NCBI GenBank assembly: GCA_965218795.1
Contig: OZ244653.1
Span: 4,704,001-4,768,000, forward strand
Direction of reading: 5' to 3'
Length of the DNA stretch: 64,000 nucleotides
Source: a bacterium
Lineage (GTDB): Bacteria > UBA8248 > JACPRG01 > G963555815
Shown: positions 9,633 through 19,529 of the stretch, in pieces
Numbering within the stretch: position 1 is the stretch's first letter
How the letters are laid out: each line of letters begins with the position of its first letter
The notes under the pieces: model-generated
What the model was told of the DNA's origin: nothing
Databases searched by the model: none
What the model saw: only the letters and a program-made list of their open reading frames with translations
Made by a program: the position numbers and the translations under genes

Positions 9633-10100
9633 CTAGAGCGTGGACCAGTCGTATTCCGCGAGGGCCTTTTCGGCATCGTCCTGAAGCACTCCCCGGATCA
9701 CTTCCAGAGGCATATGCATCTGATCGGCGAGGCTTTCAGCCTTGTATGTCCTCGGGGTCTCGGCTCGGATTTCCGCCAATTTCACCGATCGGGCGCCCAC
9801 GACCAATCGATGAATCCCGGAGAACAAGATCGCGCCGGCGCACATGGGACAGGGGTCACAGGACGTGTATAGCGTACACCCGTCCAAACTCGATGAATTC
9901 AGGTTGGCCGCCGCGTCGCGAACCGCGCTGGTCTCCGCATGTGCCGTCGGATCCTCAGAGGAGTTCACCGTGTTGAAGGCCCGCCCAACGATTTCTCCGT
10001 CGCGCACAATCACTGAGCCGAAAGGCTGTTCACCATTCTGGAGTCCCTTACGGGCTTCTTCGATAGCCATAGCCATGAACGTTTCATGTTCGCTGCTCAT
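9633..10100 (-). CDS. Zinc-dependent nucleoside/nucleobase deaminase (copy 2)
   Basis: PFG, DPTAHAE, SCDPCPMC. Confidence 0.9.
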   Translation of the reverse strand: MSSEHETFMAMAIEEARKGLQNGEQPFGSVIVRDGEIVGRAFNTVNSSEDPTAHAETSAVRDAAANLNSSSLDGCTLYTSCDPCPMCAGAILFSGIHRLVVGARSVKLAEIRAETPRTYKAESLADQMHMPLEVIRGVLQDDAEKALAEYDWSTL

Positions 10101-10145
10101 TCCGTGTTCTCCCCTCGCTCCGAACCCTCCGGCAGAGCGAATCGA

Positions 10146-10616
10146 CTAGATTTTCGACCACCCATATTCCGCAAGCACCTGTTCGGCTTCGTCCTGCAGG
10201 ACGCCCCATATGACTTGCAGGTCCATATTCATCATCTCAGCAAGCCGGTCGGGTCGGTAGGTTCGTTCGCCTGCTTGACCTCTCAGCTTCACCAGGGTTT
10301 GACCGCGTCCGGCGATGACCAGCGTACCGATCCCTGCGTTGAGAATGGAGCCGCAACACATCGGGCACGGTTCACAGGACGTGTAGAGGGTACTGCCCGA
10401 CAGGTTTGGGGTCTTCAACCGTATCGAGGTTTCCCGAACCGCCCTGGTTTCCGCGTGGGCCGTGGGATCGTTCGAGGAGTTGACCGTGTTGTACGCGCTG
10501 CCAATCACCTCGCCGTCCCGAACGATGACGCTTCCGAAAGGAGCTTCCCCTTGACTCAAACCCTTACGGGATTCCTCGATGGCCATGGCCATGAACTTTT
10601 CGTGGTCGTTGCTCAT
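10146..10616 (-). CDS. Zinc-dependent nucleoside/nucleobase deaminase (copy 1)
   Basis: PFG, DPTAHAE, SCEPCPMC. ATG overlaps the LLM stop (ATGA). Confidence 0.9.
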   Translation of the reverse strand: MSNDHEKFMAMAIEESRKGLSQGEAPFGSVIVRDGEVIGSAYNTVNSSNDPTAHAETRAVRETSIRLKTPNLSGSTLYTSCEPCPMCCGSILNAGIGTLVIAGRGQTLVKLRGQAGERTYRPDRLAEMMNMDLQVIWGVLQDEAEQVLAEYGWSKI

Positions 10617-11626
10617 CTTGAAGCTCCTTGGGTGCGATTCCATTGTGCCGCCAGAAGACTCAGGGCGTGTTTTCGGCTCTCCGGAGATCCTCGAAGGGCC
10701 AGTATGGGAATTTCGAGTCCTGTCTTGACGTATTCGGAGATGCGATCGGTGGCCATCTCCGGTGTGCCCGTTACAGTAAAGGCATGAACGATCTCCTCCG
10801 GCAAGAGGCGCCGCATGGCCGTCCAGTCTTCCTTGACGAGTGCTTCGTTGACCGCGTCGATGTCAAGATGCACGCCGGTCAATTCAAGATTCGTCCGTAA
10901 GCCGGGATTTCGGAGCAGATACCCGAGCCCCTTCTGGGCTTCCAGGAGAGCGTCTTCGTAACTCTCGGAAATGGTTGTCATGATCAGACTAGCGTATGTG
11001 AAATGACCTTCCGTGTTGCCGCCGTCCTTTCGGCCGCTCTCGGTTTGTTGCATGGCCCACTCGATGTACTGAGGCGATACGGCCGCGGAGAAGACGACCC
11101 CGTCGGAAACTTCTCCAGCGAGCCGGCACATTCTTTCACCGATGGCCGCCAGATAGATGGGAATGGGCGGCCCCGGAATCTCGAAATCGATGTGGGCCCC
11201 TTTGAGGCTCAAAGTCTCGCCGGTGAATTCCACTCGATCCCTTTTTGCCTCCCAAAGCCGCCGTATCGAACGAATCATGTCACGCATATGGGCCAGAGGT
11301 CTTTTCAAGGAGATTCCCATCTCCCCCATTACCTGCTCATTGGCTGTCCCGGCGCAGAGGGCCGTGCGGCCGGGGGCGTACTCGGCCAGCGTGGCGATTC
11401 CCATCGCCCAAAAGAGTGGATGAGCTACGTAGGGACTCAAGGCGGTGGGAACGATATGCGCGTTTCTCGTTGCCGCCAGGAAGGCAATCGACGAAGAAAC
11501 AGCATCCCGGTACCCCAAGTGCTGATCGGCCCAGATCGAATGAAATCCCGCATCGTCAGCCATCCGGCACATGTCGATCATGTCGGCCAGCGAGATGCGT
11601 CCGTCCAGATCGATTCCCAGTTTCAT
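10613..11626 (-). CDS. LLM-class flavin/F420-dependent oxidoreductase (Mer-like)
   Basis: ADDAGFHSIWADQH, PYVAHP, PIPIYLAAIGERMCRLAGEVSDG, VTGTPE. Confidence 0.85.
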   Translation of the reverse strand: MKLGIDLDGRISLADMIDMCRMADDAGFHSIWADQHLGYRDAVSSSIAFLAATRNAHIVPTALSPYVAHPLFWAMGIATLAEYAPGRTALCAGTANEQVMGEMGISLKRPLAHMRDMIRSIRRLWEAKRDRVEFTGETLSLKGAHIDFEIPGPPIPIYLAAIGERMCRLAGEVSDGVVFSAAVSPQYIEWAMQQTESGRKDGGNTEGHFTYASLIMTTISESYEDALLEAQKGLGYLLRNPGLRTNLELTGVHLDIDAVNEALVKEDWTAMRRLLPEEIVHAFTVTGTPEMATDRISEYVKTGLEIPILALRGSPESRKHALSLLAAQWNRTQGASR

Positions 11627-12056
11627 CGAAAGCCCTTGGCCGGGGGTGGGGTGAGATCTGGCGACTAGTGTAGCCGTTCTTGTGCCGACATCCAAAAAGA
11701 ATTTTGTCGAAGCGGCGTTCCTGAGTATGCAGACCGAATCAGATCATCTCTCGACTCGAATTCGGAGCGTTGAAATGTGCAAATCGTCTGCCGGAATCAG
11801 AAGGGTGAATTCTTTCGGGCAGAGCGGAAAGGAGCTTGCGATTGACGCGGAGACGTTGAATCGGGGAGCCAAAAACCGGAAGCCTGGATATCACACCTCT
11901 CCATACGGCATCATTGAGGATGTTTCCCTCTGCTTTCTCAGGGGCTGATCCGGTTGCTCCTCCCTCGAGTGGACGGGAAAACACCGTTCACGGGGTCTGG
12001 CTTCCGGGTTTGGTCAGGGAAGGGACGTGACTCGCCGGGCAGAACCGGATTTTTCT

Positions 12057-12941
12057 TTACGTTTCTATCTTCCACAGCCGCGCCGTGTTCCGCCACATGA
12101 TCCTTTCCATGTCCTCATCCGAGATGGGCTCGAGGCCCAGCCGCTCGGCTTCATCCTTCAAGCCGAGCATCAGCTCGACGGCCATATGGGTGTGAGAATT
12201 CTCGGAGCCGAAGAGGAGTTTGTCATACCCGCAGAGCCGGCCGAACCGCTGAATCGCGCGGAGGTTCTCCTCCGGAGTAAACCAGCCCCAGTACGCCATG
12301 TCGGCGTGGATATTGTCGTACTTCGCGATAAGAGCCATGCACTCGTCCACCCACGGCCATCCCAAATGGGCCACGACGATCTTGAGTTCCGGATAGCGGT
12401 ATGCAACGTCATCGAGAAGATAGGGTTGCTGATACTTCAACGGGGCGTTGAGGCAGGGCGTCCACCCCATGTGGCACTGCATCGGGATGTCCAGCTCGAT
12501 GATCTTCTCGTAGACGGGGAAAAGGCGCTCGTCACGCGGGTCGAAGTGATCATAGGAGGGGTAGAGCTTGACCGCGTCCATCCCCAAATCCTTGATGCAG
12601 CGCTCGATTTCATGGATCGATTCGAAAATGTCCCGAAACGGATCGACGCTGCACGTCATGGCGAACCGCTCCGGGGAGACGGCCTTGACTTCCAGGAGGA
12701 AGTCATTCGGGCAGAAGGGGCCTTTCCGATCCGGATACACCCTGCGGTGGTCGGACGTCATGACGCACATCTTGTCGATTCCGTGCTCGTCCATGGTCTG
12801 AACCATGCGCTCGCCCACAGAGAGATCCGGCTCTCCCCCCCATCGGCGCACGCCCCCCCAGGCCCGGTAGAGCTCCTTCACCCACCATTCCGGATAATGC
12901 TCGTGAAGCTTCCCCACGTGAACGTGACAGTCGATAATCAT
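12057..12941 (-). CDS. Amidohydrolase_2 family metalloprotein
   Basis: IIDCHVH, VKLYP, CHMG, VAHLGWPW, LLFGSE; AGGAGG RBS. Confidence 0.88.
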   Translation of the reverse strand: MIIDCHVHVGKLHEHYPEWWVKELYRAWGGVRRWGGEPDLSVGERMVQTMDEHGIDKMCVMTSDHRRVYPDRKGPFCPNDFLLEVKAVSPERFAMTCSVDPFRDIFESIHEIERCIKDLGMDAVKLYPSYDHFDPRDERLFPVYEKIIELDIPMQCHMGWTPCLNAPLKYQQPYLLDDVAYRYPELKIVVAHLGWPWVDECMALIAKYDNIHADMAYWGWFTPEENLRAIQRFGRLCGYDKLLFGSENSHTHMAVELMLGLKDEAERLGLEPISDEDMERIMWRNTARLWKIET

Positions 12942-13075
12942 GGGTGTCCTCCTGTGAAGGGGAGCTTTCCTCATTCAAGCCCGATCCTTCCGACGAAGGG
13001 TCTGAGCGGATCCCGGGACGCGCATTCCCGCGATATCGTCAATGAGAGGGCGCAGGGAATTGAGGACTCCCCAGC

Positions 13076-15385
13076 CTACCCGTTGGATTCGGCTTCCTTC
13101 GCCCGAATGGCCTGGAGCAGTTCCTGGGGGCGGATGGGTACCTTGTGGCAGCGGACGCCCACGGCGTTGTGAATGGCGTTCGCGATCGCCGCGGCAACCG
13201 GGTTCACAGGCCCTTCGGAACAGCCCTTTGCCCCGAGTGGACCGAGTGGGTCGTCCGACTCGATGAACTCGTGGCGGATGGGCGGCATGGCTTCGGCCTT
13301 GGGGACGGCGTAATCGGCCAAGTTGCCGTTCAGCGGCTGGCCGTTCTCGAACACCATGTCTTCGAAATAAGCCCACCCCAGTCCCTGGGAAACGGCCCCT
13401 TCCGTCTGGCCTTCCGCTCCGAGAGCGGAGATGACTCGTCCCACGTCGTCTACGGTGACGAATTCCAGAATATCCACCTGCCCGGTTTCCGTATCCACTT
13501 CGACCTCGGCGATCTGAGCTACGAATTCGTAGCCGGGGGCCACGTTGCCGTCCAGAAGCGGCGGCCGGACGATTTCGTTCTCGGCCTCGTAATGACCGAC
13601 GGCCATGACCGGTCCTCCGTCACCCGCAAGACGCTCTTTGTGAGCGGCTTCGCCAATGCTCATGCCCCGATCGGGGGAGCCCTTGACGAAAATCCGGCCT
13701 CCTTCAAAGACGAGGTCATCGGGGTCCGCCTCGAGCTCGTTGGACACGACCGCGGCGAGCTTTTTCTTCAGGTCCACCGCCGCCTTGTGAACGGCGTTCC
13801 CGCCAACCATCGTGATCCGGCTCGCAAAGGAACCGAGGGTGTAGGGGGCGACGTCGGTGTCCGGCGCGCACATGTCGATGTCGGTGATATCCACGCCGAG
13901 CTCCTCCGCGGCGAACATGCTGAGGACCGTCGGCGCCCCCTGTCCGTTGTCCCCTTCGCCGATGAGCAGGCCGATCCGGCCGTCGTCATGCGCATGAAGA
14001 ATGGCAGTCGACCCCTCCCAACCGGCGATCAGGCGGTTGCCGCTCACGTGGTTGGCGCAGGCCAGTCCGATTCCCCGCCGCCGGGTTCCGGACTCGCCCT
14101 GACGGGTTTCCTCCCGCTTGCGTTTCCAGTCGGTCATCTCGACCGCCCGCTCGATACATTCGGGCAGCGCGTTCGTTATGGCGTTCCACTTGTGAATCGA
14201 GAGTTCGCCCGGCTCGAGAGCGTTGTGGAGCCGCAGGTCCGGCGGATCCATTCCCAATGTCTCGGCGAGCATATCCATCATGATCTCACCGGGAACCGTC
14301 GTTTGAGGTGTTCCGAATCCGCGAAACGCTCCTTTGGGGGGATTGTTGGTGTACACCAATCGGGCCTTCACCCCGCAGGCCTTCCACCGGTACAGCGACG
14401 GCCAACGGGTCACCATCGTATTGACGATGCCCGGCGAGGGTCCGGCGTATCCGCCGCATTCCGCGACCAGATCGAGGGCGTGCGCCGTGAGTGTCCCGTC
14501 TTTCATGGCACCGATCTTCAGCCGTACCCTGGCGGGGACCCGCATTCGCGTCGCGCCCCGAAAAGATTCGGTTCGAAGGTTTTCCAGCTTGACCGGCCGA
14601 CCGGCCTTCAGGGCGAGCAGACCGCTGATGAAGGCATTCGGATCGTCGATTGATTTTCCGCCGAACGCCCCTCCCACGTAAGGCTGTATCAGCCGAACCC
14701 TAGAAGTATCCAGCCCCAGGCCCATGGCGATTCTGTCCCGGCCAAGGAAGACTTTCTGGCAAGGGACGTACATGACCAGCTTGCTTCCATCGGTCGGGTC
14801 GGCGACTGTGCAATTGGGCTCGGTGAAAGCGTGATATTGGGTCCTGACTTCGAATTCTTCTTCCAGAATGACATCGGAGGACGTAAAGGCCGCCTCCAGA
14901 TCCCCGCCTTTCTGGAAGTCCAATTCGTGGCAGAGATTGTTCGGGGCGTCGTCATGAATCAGAACGGCGCCATCGGACATCGCGTCTTCGGGAGAGAAGT
15001 AGGCGGGAAGGACTTCATATTCCACATGGATGCGATCAACGGCCTCCTCGGCGGCCTCCCGGGACGCGGCGGCCACTGCCGCGACCTCGTGACCGATAAA
15101 GCGCGCCCTGTCGATGGCGAGAGCTGTCTGATCTTTCCGCATCGTGCCGTAGCCTGCTCCCGGAGGAATGTCTTGACCCGTCACGATTGTTTTGACGCCG
15201 GGCATCTTCAGGGCTTGGGAGGTGTCGACCCGCAGGATTCGCGCATGAGGATGTACGCTGCGTAAGACCTTCCCGTGGAGCAAACCGGGGAACTTCATAT
15301 CCGTAGCGAACCTGGCCTGCCCCGAGACCTTCACCGGGGACCCGATCATCGGTGCGCGTGATCCGATTACCTTGAACGAGCTCAT
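13076..15385 (-). CDS. Xanthine dehydrogenase family molybdopterin-binding large subunit
   Basis: KVSGQARFATD, RSVHPHARI, VGGAFGGK, AFRGFG, GQG, GAKGCSE; AGGAG RBS. Confidence 0.92.
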   Translation of the reverse strand: MSSFKVIGSRAPMIGSPVKVSGQARFATDMKFPGLLHGKVLRSVHPHARILRVDTSQALKMPGVKTIVTGQDIPPGAGYGTMRKDQTALAIDRARFIGHEVAAVAAASREAAEEAVDRIHVEYEVLPAYFSPEDAMSDGAVLIHDDAPNNLCHELDFQKGGDLEAAFTSSDVILEEEFEVRTQYHAFTEPNCTVADPTDGSKLVMYVPCQKVFLGRDRIAMGLGLDTSRVRLIQPYVGGAFGGKSIDDPNAFISGLLALKAGRPVKLENLRTESFRGATRMRVPARVRLKIGAMKDGTLTAHALDLVAECGGYAGPSPGIVNTMVTRWPSLYRWKACGVKARLVYTNNPPKGAFRGFGTPQTTVPGEIMMDMLAETLGMDPPDLRLHNALEPGELSIHKWNAITNALPECIERAVEMTDWKRKREETRQGESGTRRRGIGLACANHVSGNRLIAGWEGSTAILHAHDDGRIGLLIGEGDNGQGAPTVLSMFAAEELGVDITDIDMCAPDTDVAPYTLGSFASRITMVGGNAVHKAAVDLKKKLAAVVSNELEADPDDLVFEGGRIFVKGSPDRGMSIGEAAHKERLAGDGGPVMAVGHYEAENEIVRPPLLDGNVAPGYEFVAQIAEVEVDTETGQVDILEFVTVDDVGRVISALGAEGQTEGAVSQGLGWAYFEDMVFENGQPLNGNLADYAVPKAEAMPPIRHEFIESDDPLGPLGAKGCSEGPVNPVAAAIANAIHNAVGVRCHKVPIRPQELLQAIRAKEAESNG

Positions 15386-15539
15386 CCATTCACTCCTGCG
15401 AAGCACAGGTGATGTAACGGTTTCCGTGAAAATACGGGAACCGTCATGCCTTGAGCACCTGTTACGTAACCGTTCGGAAAGCTTCCCCGTATCGCCAATG
15501 GCTTCTTCATGAAAACATATCACCGAATCGAGCGGCCAC

Positions 15540-16476
15540 TCAACTCTTTATCAAAGTAATCAGGGCGATGCCGGCAACGACGGAAACAGTGCCGATGTAC
15601 GTTCTTGCCGTGATCTTCTCCAGCGTCTCTCAAAAAGAGCGCCGCCATGGAGATCGATAACAGAGGTGTCGCACCGAGAATCGCCATCACCCGCGAGACC
15701 TGCCCGAGAGAAATGGCGGAGAAGAGAAAAAACAATGTGACGGCGAGGCTGATCCCTGCAAGGAGAAAGAACCGGAAGGCCCTGGCAGAGCGCACCAGCC
15801 GCCTGCCTTTCGGAAAAATTCCGTACGTCAGGGCGAGAACAACCAATGCCGAGAATGTGGAAATCAAAATGGCGACGTGAGGGAGGGGGATCATCGACAA
15901 TCCGATCTTCCGGATAATGCCCGCCAGACCCCAGAAAAATCCCGCGCCCAGCGGCAGGATCGCATCTCTCCACCGCAGCGGAGCCTGCCCCTTTGGGCGC
16001 ATGATCACCCAGATGCCCCCGACGATGAGAACGGTGCCGATGTACATCGTCCAATGCGGCCGCTCGCCCAAGAGCGCGACACCGAGCAGAACCGAGAAGA
16101 GCGGATTCGAGCCCATCCCCATGGGGGCCGCCCGCCCGACCCCCAAGCGGCTCAAGGCGATGTAGTACAGCGTCATGGAAAGGGCCGGGGAGCTGAGCCC
16201 TCCCAACAGAAACCACAGGACGCCGGTCCGCGGCAAATCCATCCACCGAACGCCGAGGGCCGCGCAAACCCCCGCATAGGCCATCAGGACGGTCAGGTTG
16301 ATAATCACCGCCGCCATGTAGGGTGAGCCGGTCTGCAGCCCTTGCCGGTTCAGGATGCTCATCGTCGACATAGTGAAAACGGCGAGAAGGGCGAGAAGGT
16401 CAACGGGTATGGCTTGCAAATTCGGGCTTTTCCGATTGAGGAGGAAGGCTTTTACCCGGGAAACCTTGAATCGCAA
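15540..16476 (-). CDS. EamA/DMT-family transporter, paralogue 2 (1-nt frameshift at ~15624; start may be TTG 16419)
   Basis: Colinear with 16562-17449. Removing base 15624 gives LFLRDLEKITARTYIGTVSVVAGIALITLIKS*, matching the paralogue LFLGDLEKVTGRTYGGTVTIVIGVATITLLKG*. Confidence 0.85.
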
Positions 16477-16561
16477 CGTGTACAGGGGCTCAGTTCAATC
16501 CCCGCCTTGCGGCAAAGTCAGCAAACACTCCGGGGCGCGTCTGTTTTGAGGGGGAAGGCGG

Positions 16562-17449
16562 CTAACCCTTGAGCAATGTAATGGTGGCAACCCCTATCAC
16601 GATGGTGACCGTCCCGCCGTAGGTTCTGCCGGTCACTTTCTCCAGGTCGCCGAGGAATAGGGCCGCCAAGGTGATGGTGCAGAGAGGGATGATCCCCATG
16701 ATGGCCATCACCCTGGAGACCTGACCAAGGGCGAGGCCGGAGAAAAGGAAGTAAAGGGTGATGGCAAAGGCGAGGCCCGCGTACAAGGAGAATTTTACGG
16801 CCCGCCAGGATCGCACGATTCGTCTCTTTTTCGGAAAAAACCCGTATGTCAGAGCCAGGAATGCCAGCGCCGTTGTCGAGGAGATCACTAGGCCAACCTG
16901 AGGTACCGGTATGTATGACAATCCGATCTTCCGAAAAACGGAAGCCAGTCCCCAGAAAAATCCGGCGGTCAAAGGAATCAGTGATTCCCTCCATTTCAAG
17001 GGCGGTTGGTCTTTCGGTCTTGTAATCACCCAAATCCCGCCGATGATCAGGACCGTACCGACGTATAAAGACCAAGAAGGCCGCTCACCCAGGAGGATGA
17101 CGGCCAGCGCGACGGAGGAGAGCGGATTTGCGCCCATCGCGATAGGAGCGGCTTGTGCCACGCCAAACCTGCTCAGCGCATAGTAGTAGATCGTCATCGA
17201 TAGAGCGGGTGAACTGATACCGGCCACCAGGAACCACATGACTCCGGTCGGCGGAAGTTCCGTCCAAGGGGTTCCCACTACGGTACAAGCGATGAAGTAG
17301 AAGAAGAAAACCGTTGCATTGATAATGACCGCCGCCATGTAGGGCGAACCCGTCCGCAGCCCCTGACGGTTCAGGATGCTCATGCTGGACATTGTGAGTG
17401 CGGCGAGAAGCGCGATGATATCGACGGGGATGGCTTGGATGAAGGGCAA
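16562..17449 (-). CDS. EamA/DMT-family transporter, paralogue 1
   Basis: About 10 TM helices in two EamA repeats (NPL..VILLGERP; PL..LAALFLG). Confidence 0.88.
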   Translation of the reverse strand: MPFIQAIPVDIIALLAALTMSSMSILNRQGLRTGSPYMAAVIINATVFFFYFIACTVVGTPWTELPPTGVMWFLVAGISSPALSMTIYYYALSRFGVAQAAPIAMGANPLSSVALAVILLGERPSWSLYVGTVLIIGGIWVITRPKDQPPLKWRESLIPLTAGFFWGLASVFRKIGLSYIPVPQVGLVISSTTALAFLALTYGFFPKKRRIVRSWRAVKFSLYAGLAFAITLYFLFSGLALGQVSRVMAIMGIIPLCTITLAALFLGDLEKVTGRTYGGTVTIVIGVATITLLKG

Positions 17450-17635
17450 GGGGGAGTTTTCCCTTCAGGCGGGCGTCGGATGCCGGCCGTTCGGCGGAAT
17501 GGCGATTGCGATCGAACCGGCAGTTAAGCCTTCGGAGGAGAGAAAGTCAATTGCGGCGCGATGGGATCTTGTTCCAGCGTGCGGATCCATTTTCCACGGA
17601 TCCGCCATCAAGAGAGTCATCCAGGTGTCGTCACG

Positions 17636-18112
17636 TCAGGGATTCTGGAGCGCGGCCGTCTCCGGAGTCATCATCCAGGCGATTCGCCAACCTTGATGGG
17701 GATCACCTTCCAGGCAAACCGCCGTCACCTCCCTGAATGAAATGATGTCCCACGCCTCACTGCCCATCACCAACAGAGAGACCAGCTTGGACAGGAAAGG
17801 CAGATGGCCGATAATCATTCGGTCCTCGCTCGATTGGGCCACCTCGTCGGCAATGGGAACGACAGGGTCCATAGGCGCCAGCCCCTTTCGTTCCATGACT
17901 CCGGTTGCAGAATGGACGGAGGAACCCAGGAGATTCGCTGTCTGGACCGCTCTAAGCTTGTCGCTGTGCCAGACGGCGCCGACGGAGATCCCCTTTGCCT
18001 TCAGGAACCGGGCCATCACTTCAGCTTGCTCCCGGCCTTTTGTCGAGAGAGGACGCCGGGGGTCTTGTTCTTCCGGCAAGGCCTCGCCATGTCGAACCAG
18101 GTAAATGCGCAT
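17636..18112 (-). CDS. sixA: Phosphohistidine phosphatase SixA
   Basis: MRIYLVRHGEA, RPLS, SDKLRAVQTA, IIGHLP. Confidence 0.88.
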   Translation of the reverse strand: MRIYLVRHGEALPEEQDPRRPLSTKGREQAEVMARFLKAKGISVGAVWHSDKLRAVQTANLLGSSVHSATGVMERKGLAPMDPVVPIADEVAQSSEDRMIIGHLPFLSKLVSLLVMGSEAWDIISFREVTAVCLEGDPHQGWRIAWMMTPETAALQNP

Positions 18113-18275
18113 CAATGGATTCCTTAGAGCGCTGGGTGATTCTGGCCAATTTTGAAACTTCGATGTATTGTAATGGGAATTCCAATCAAAATCCGAATGT
18201 AACTCGAACGATCGGAAGACCGGGATGTTTTCGAACACCTTGGCGGACCTTTGAATATGAAAGGAGGGTGAGGCA

Positions 18276-19349
18276 TTGAGCGAAGGGAGCGATGTGATTG
18301 CCGAAGTGATGGAAAGCAGCAAGGGACGGATGATCGGGGACGGGTTGGAAGCCGCCGACATCGACGAGATCCTGGAGCGGTGTTCGGGCTGGGGGGACTG
18401 GTATGAAGTGGTCACCGGCATCGGGGACCGATACGAACAGATGGCTGAAGAGAGGCTCTCCAATGGATACAGCATTTCGGCGGGCGTATACCTCTGGCGG
18501 GCCTGCATGTATTACCACTATGCACAGTTTTACATGTTTGAGCGTCCCGACTTGAGGGAGGCCGGTCAGAAGAAGAAGGTCGATCTTTACCAGCGCGCCG
18601 CGCCCCTTTTTTTCCCGCCGGCGGAACGCGTCGACATTCCGTTCGAAGGATTCACCATTCCCGGCTATTTTCGAAAACCCCGCGGCGTTGAAAACCCTCC
18701 CTGCGCCGTCTTGATCGGAGGCCTCGAGAGCACCAAGGAGGAAAGCTACCTGTTCGAGCATATGTGCCACGACCGGGGGATGGCGACCTTCGCCTTTGAC
18801 GGACCCGGACAGGGCGAGATGTTCTTCCAGACGAGGATCCGTCCCGATTTTGAGCGGTTCACCTCTGCGGTGCTGGATTACCTGGAGACCCGGAGCGACA
18901 TCGACACATCCAAGTTCGGCGTTCTGGGTAGAAGCTTTGGGGGTTATTACGGGCCCAGAAGCGCCGCCCACGACAAACGAATCGTCGTCTGTGTCTGCTG
19001 GGGAGTCCTGTACGAGCTCCAAACGTATTGGTGGGACATGCACGATCTCACGCGCAATGGGTTTACCTATTGCGCAGGGGAAACGGATCCCGAGAAGGGG
19101 AAAGAGACGCTGAAGTTCATCGACCTCTCCGATTGCTCGGACAAGATTAGCTGCGCACTGTATCTTCAGCACGGAATGAAAGACGACTTGATTCCCTTCA
19201 ACCAGGCCGCCCGGCTGGAAAAAGAAGCCGTGAACGCGAAGGAGATTGTGACCCAGTATGAACCCGAGGGGATTCACTGCTGCCACAACCTCTATCACGT
19301 GACGCGGCTGCCCATGGCTGACTACTTGGCCAAACACCTGGTCGGCTGA
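18276..19349 (+). CDS. Alpha/beta hydrolase, 2,6-dihydroxypseudooxynicotine hydrolase-like
   Basis: GGLESTKEE, RGMATFAFDGPGQGE, GVLGRSFGG nucleophile elbow, C-terminal HCCHN; AGGAGG RBS. Confidence 0.8.
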   Translation: MSEGSDVIAEVMESSKGRMIGDGLEAADIDEILERCSGWGDWYEVVTGIGDRYEQMAEERLSNGYSISAGVYLWRACMYYHYAQFYMFERPDLREAGQKKKVDLYQRAAPLFFPPAERVDIPFEGFTIPGYFRKPRGVENPPCAVLIGGLESTKEESYLFEHMCHDRGMATFAFDGPGQGEMFFQTRIRPDFERFTSAVLDYLETRSDIDTSKFGVLGRSFGGYYGPRSAAHDKRIVVCVCWGVLYELQTYWWDMHDLTRNGFTYCAGETDPEKGKETLKFIDLSDCSDKISCALYLQHGMKDDLIPFNQAARLEKEAVNAKEIVTQYEPEGIHCCHNLYHVTRLPMADYLAKHLVG

Positions 19350-19529
19350 CGAAGGAGGGACCGGGCGGTCATCGCCGAATCACAAACCGAATGGATTCTG
19401 ATGGTGTGACGGCACTTGAAACTCTGCGACTGCAGAGAGGGCTCCCGGTGACAGGCCTCCTGAAGATTGCGCGATGGGGGCCGGGCCATAGAATAGTTAC
19501 AGGTTTGTCAGGTTTTGGGGAGACTGGTT

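Noticed and set aside
13145-14653. Long antisense ORFs (also 12027-13172, 18186-19337, 23844-25070, 31948-33501, 41617-42966, 47265-48434, 51416-52612)
   Set aside because: Each mirrors a well-supported gene on the other strand and has no motifs; expected shadow ORFs in GC-rich DNA.
13076-15385. Selenium-dependent nicotinate dehydrogenase linked to selAB and the enamidase
   Set aside because: The Se cofactor of such enzymes does not use SelA/SelB, the genes are far apart, and no yqeB/yqeC/selD is visible.
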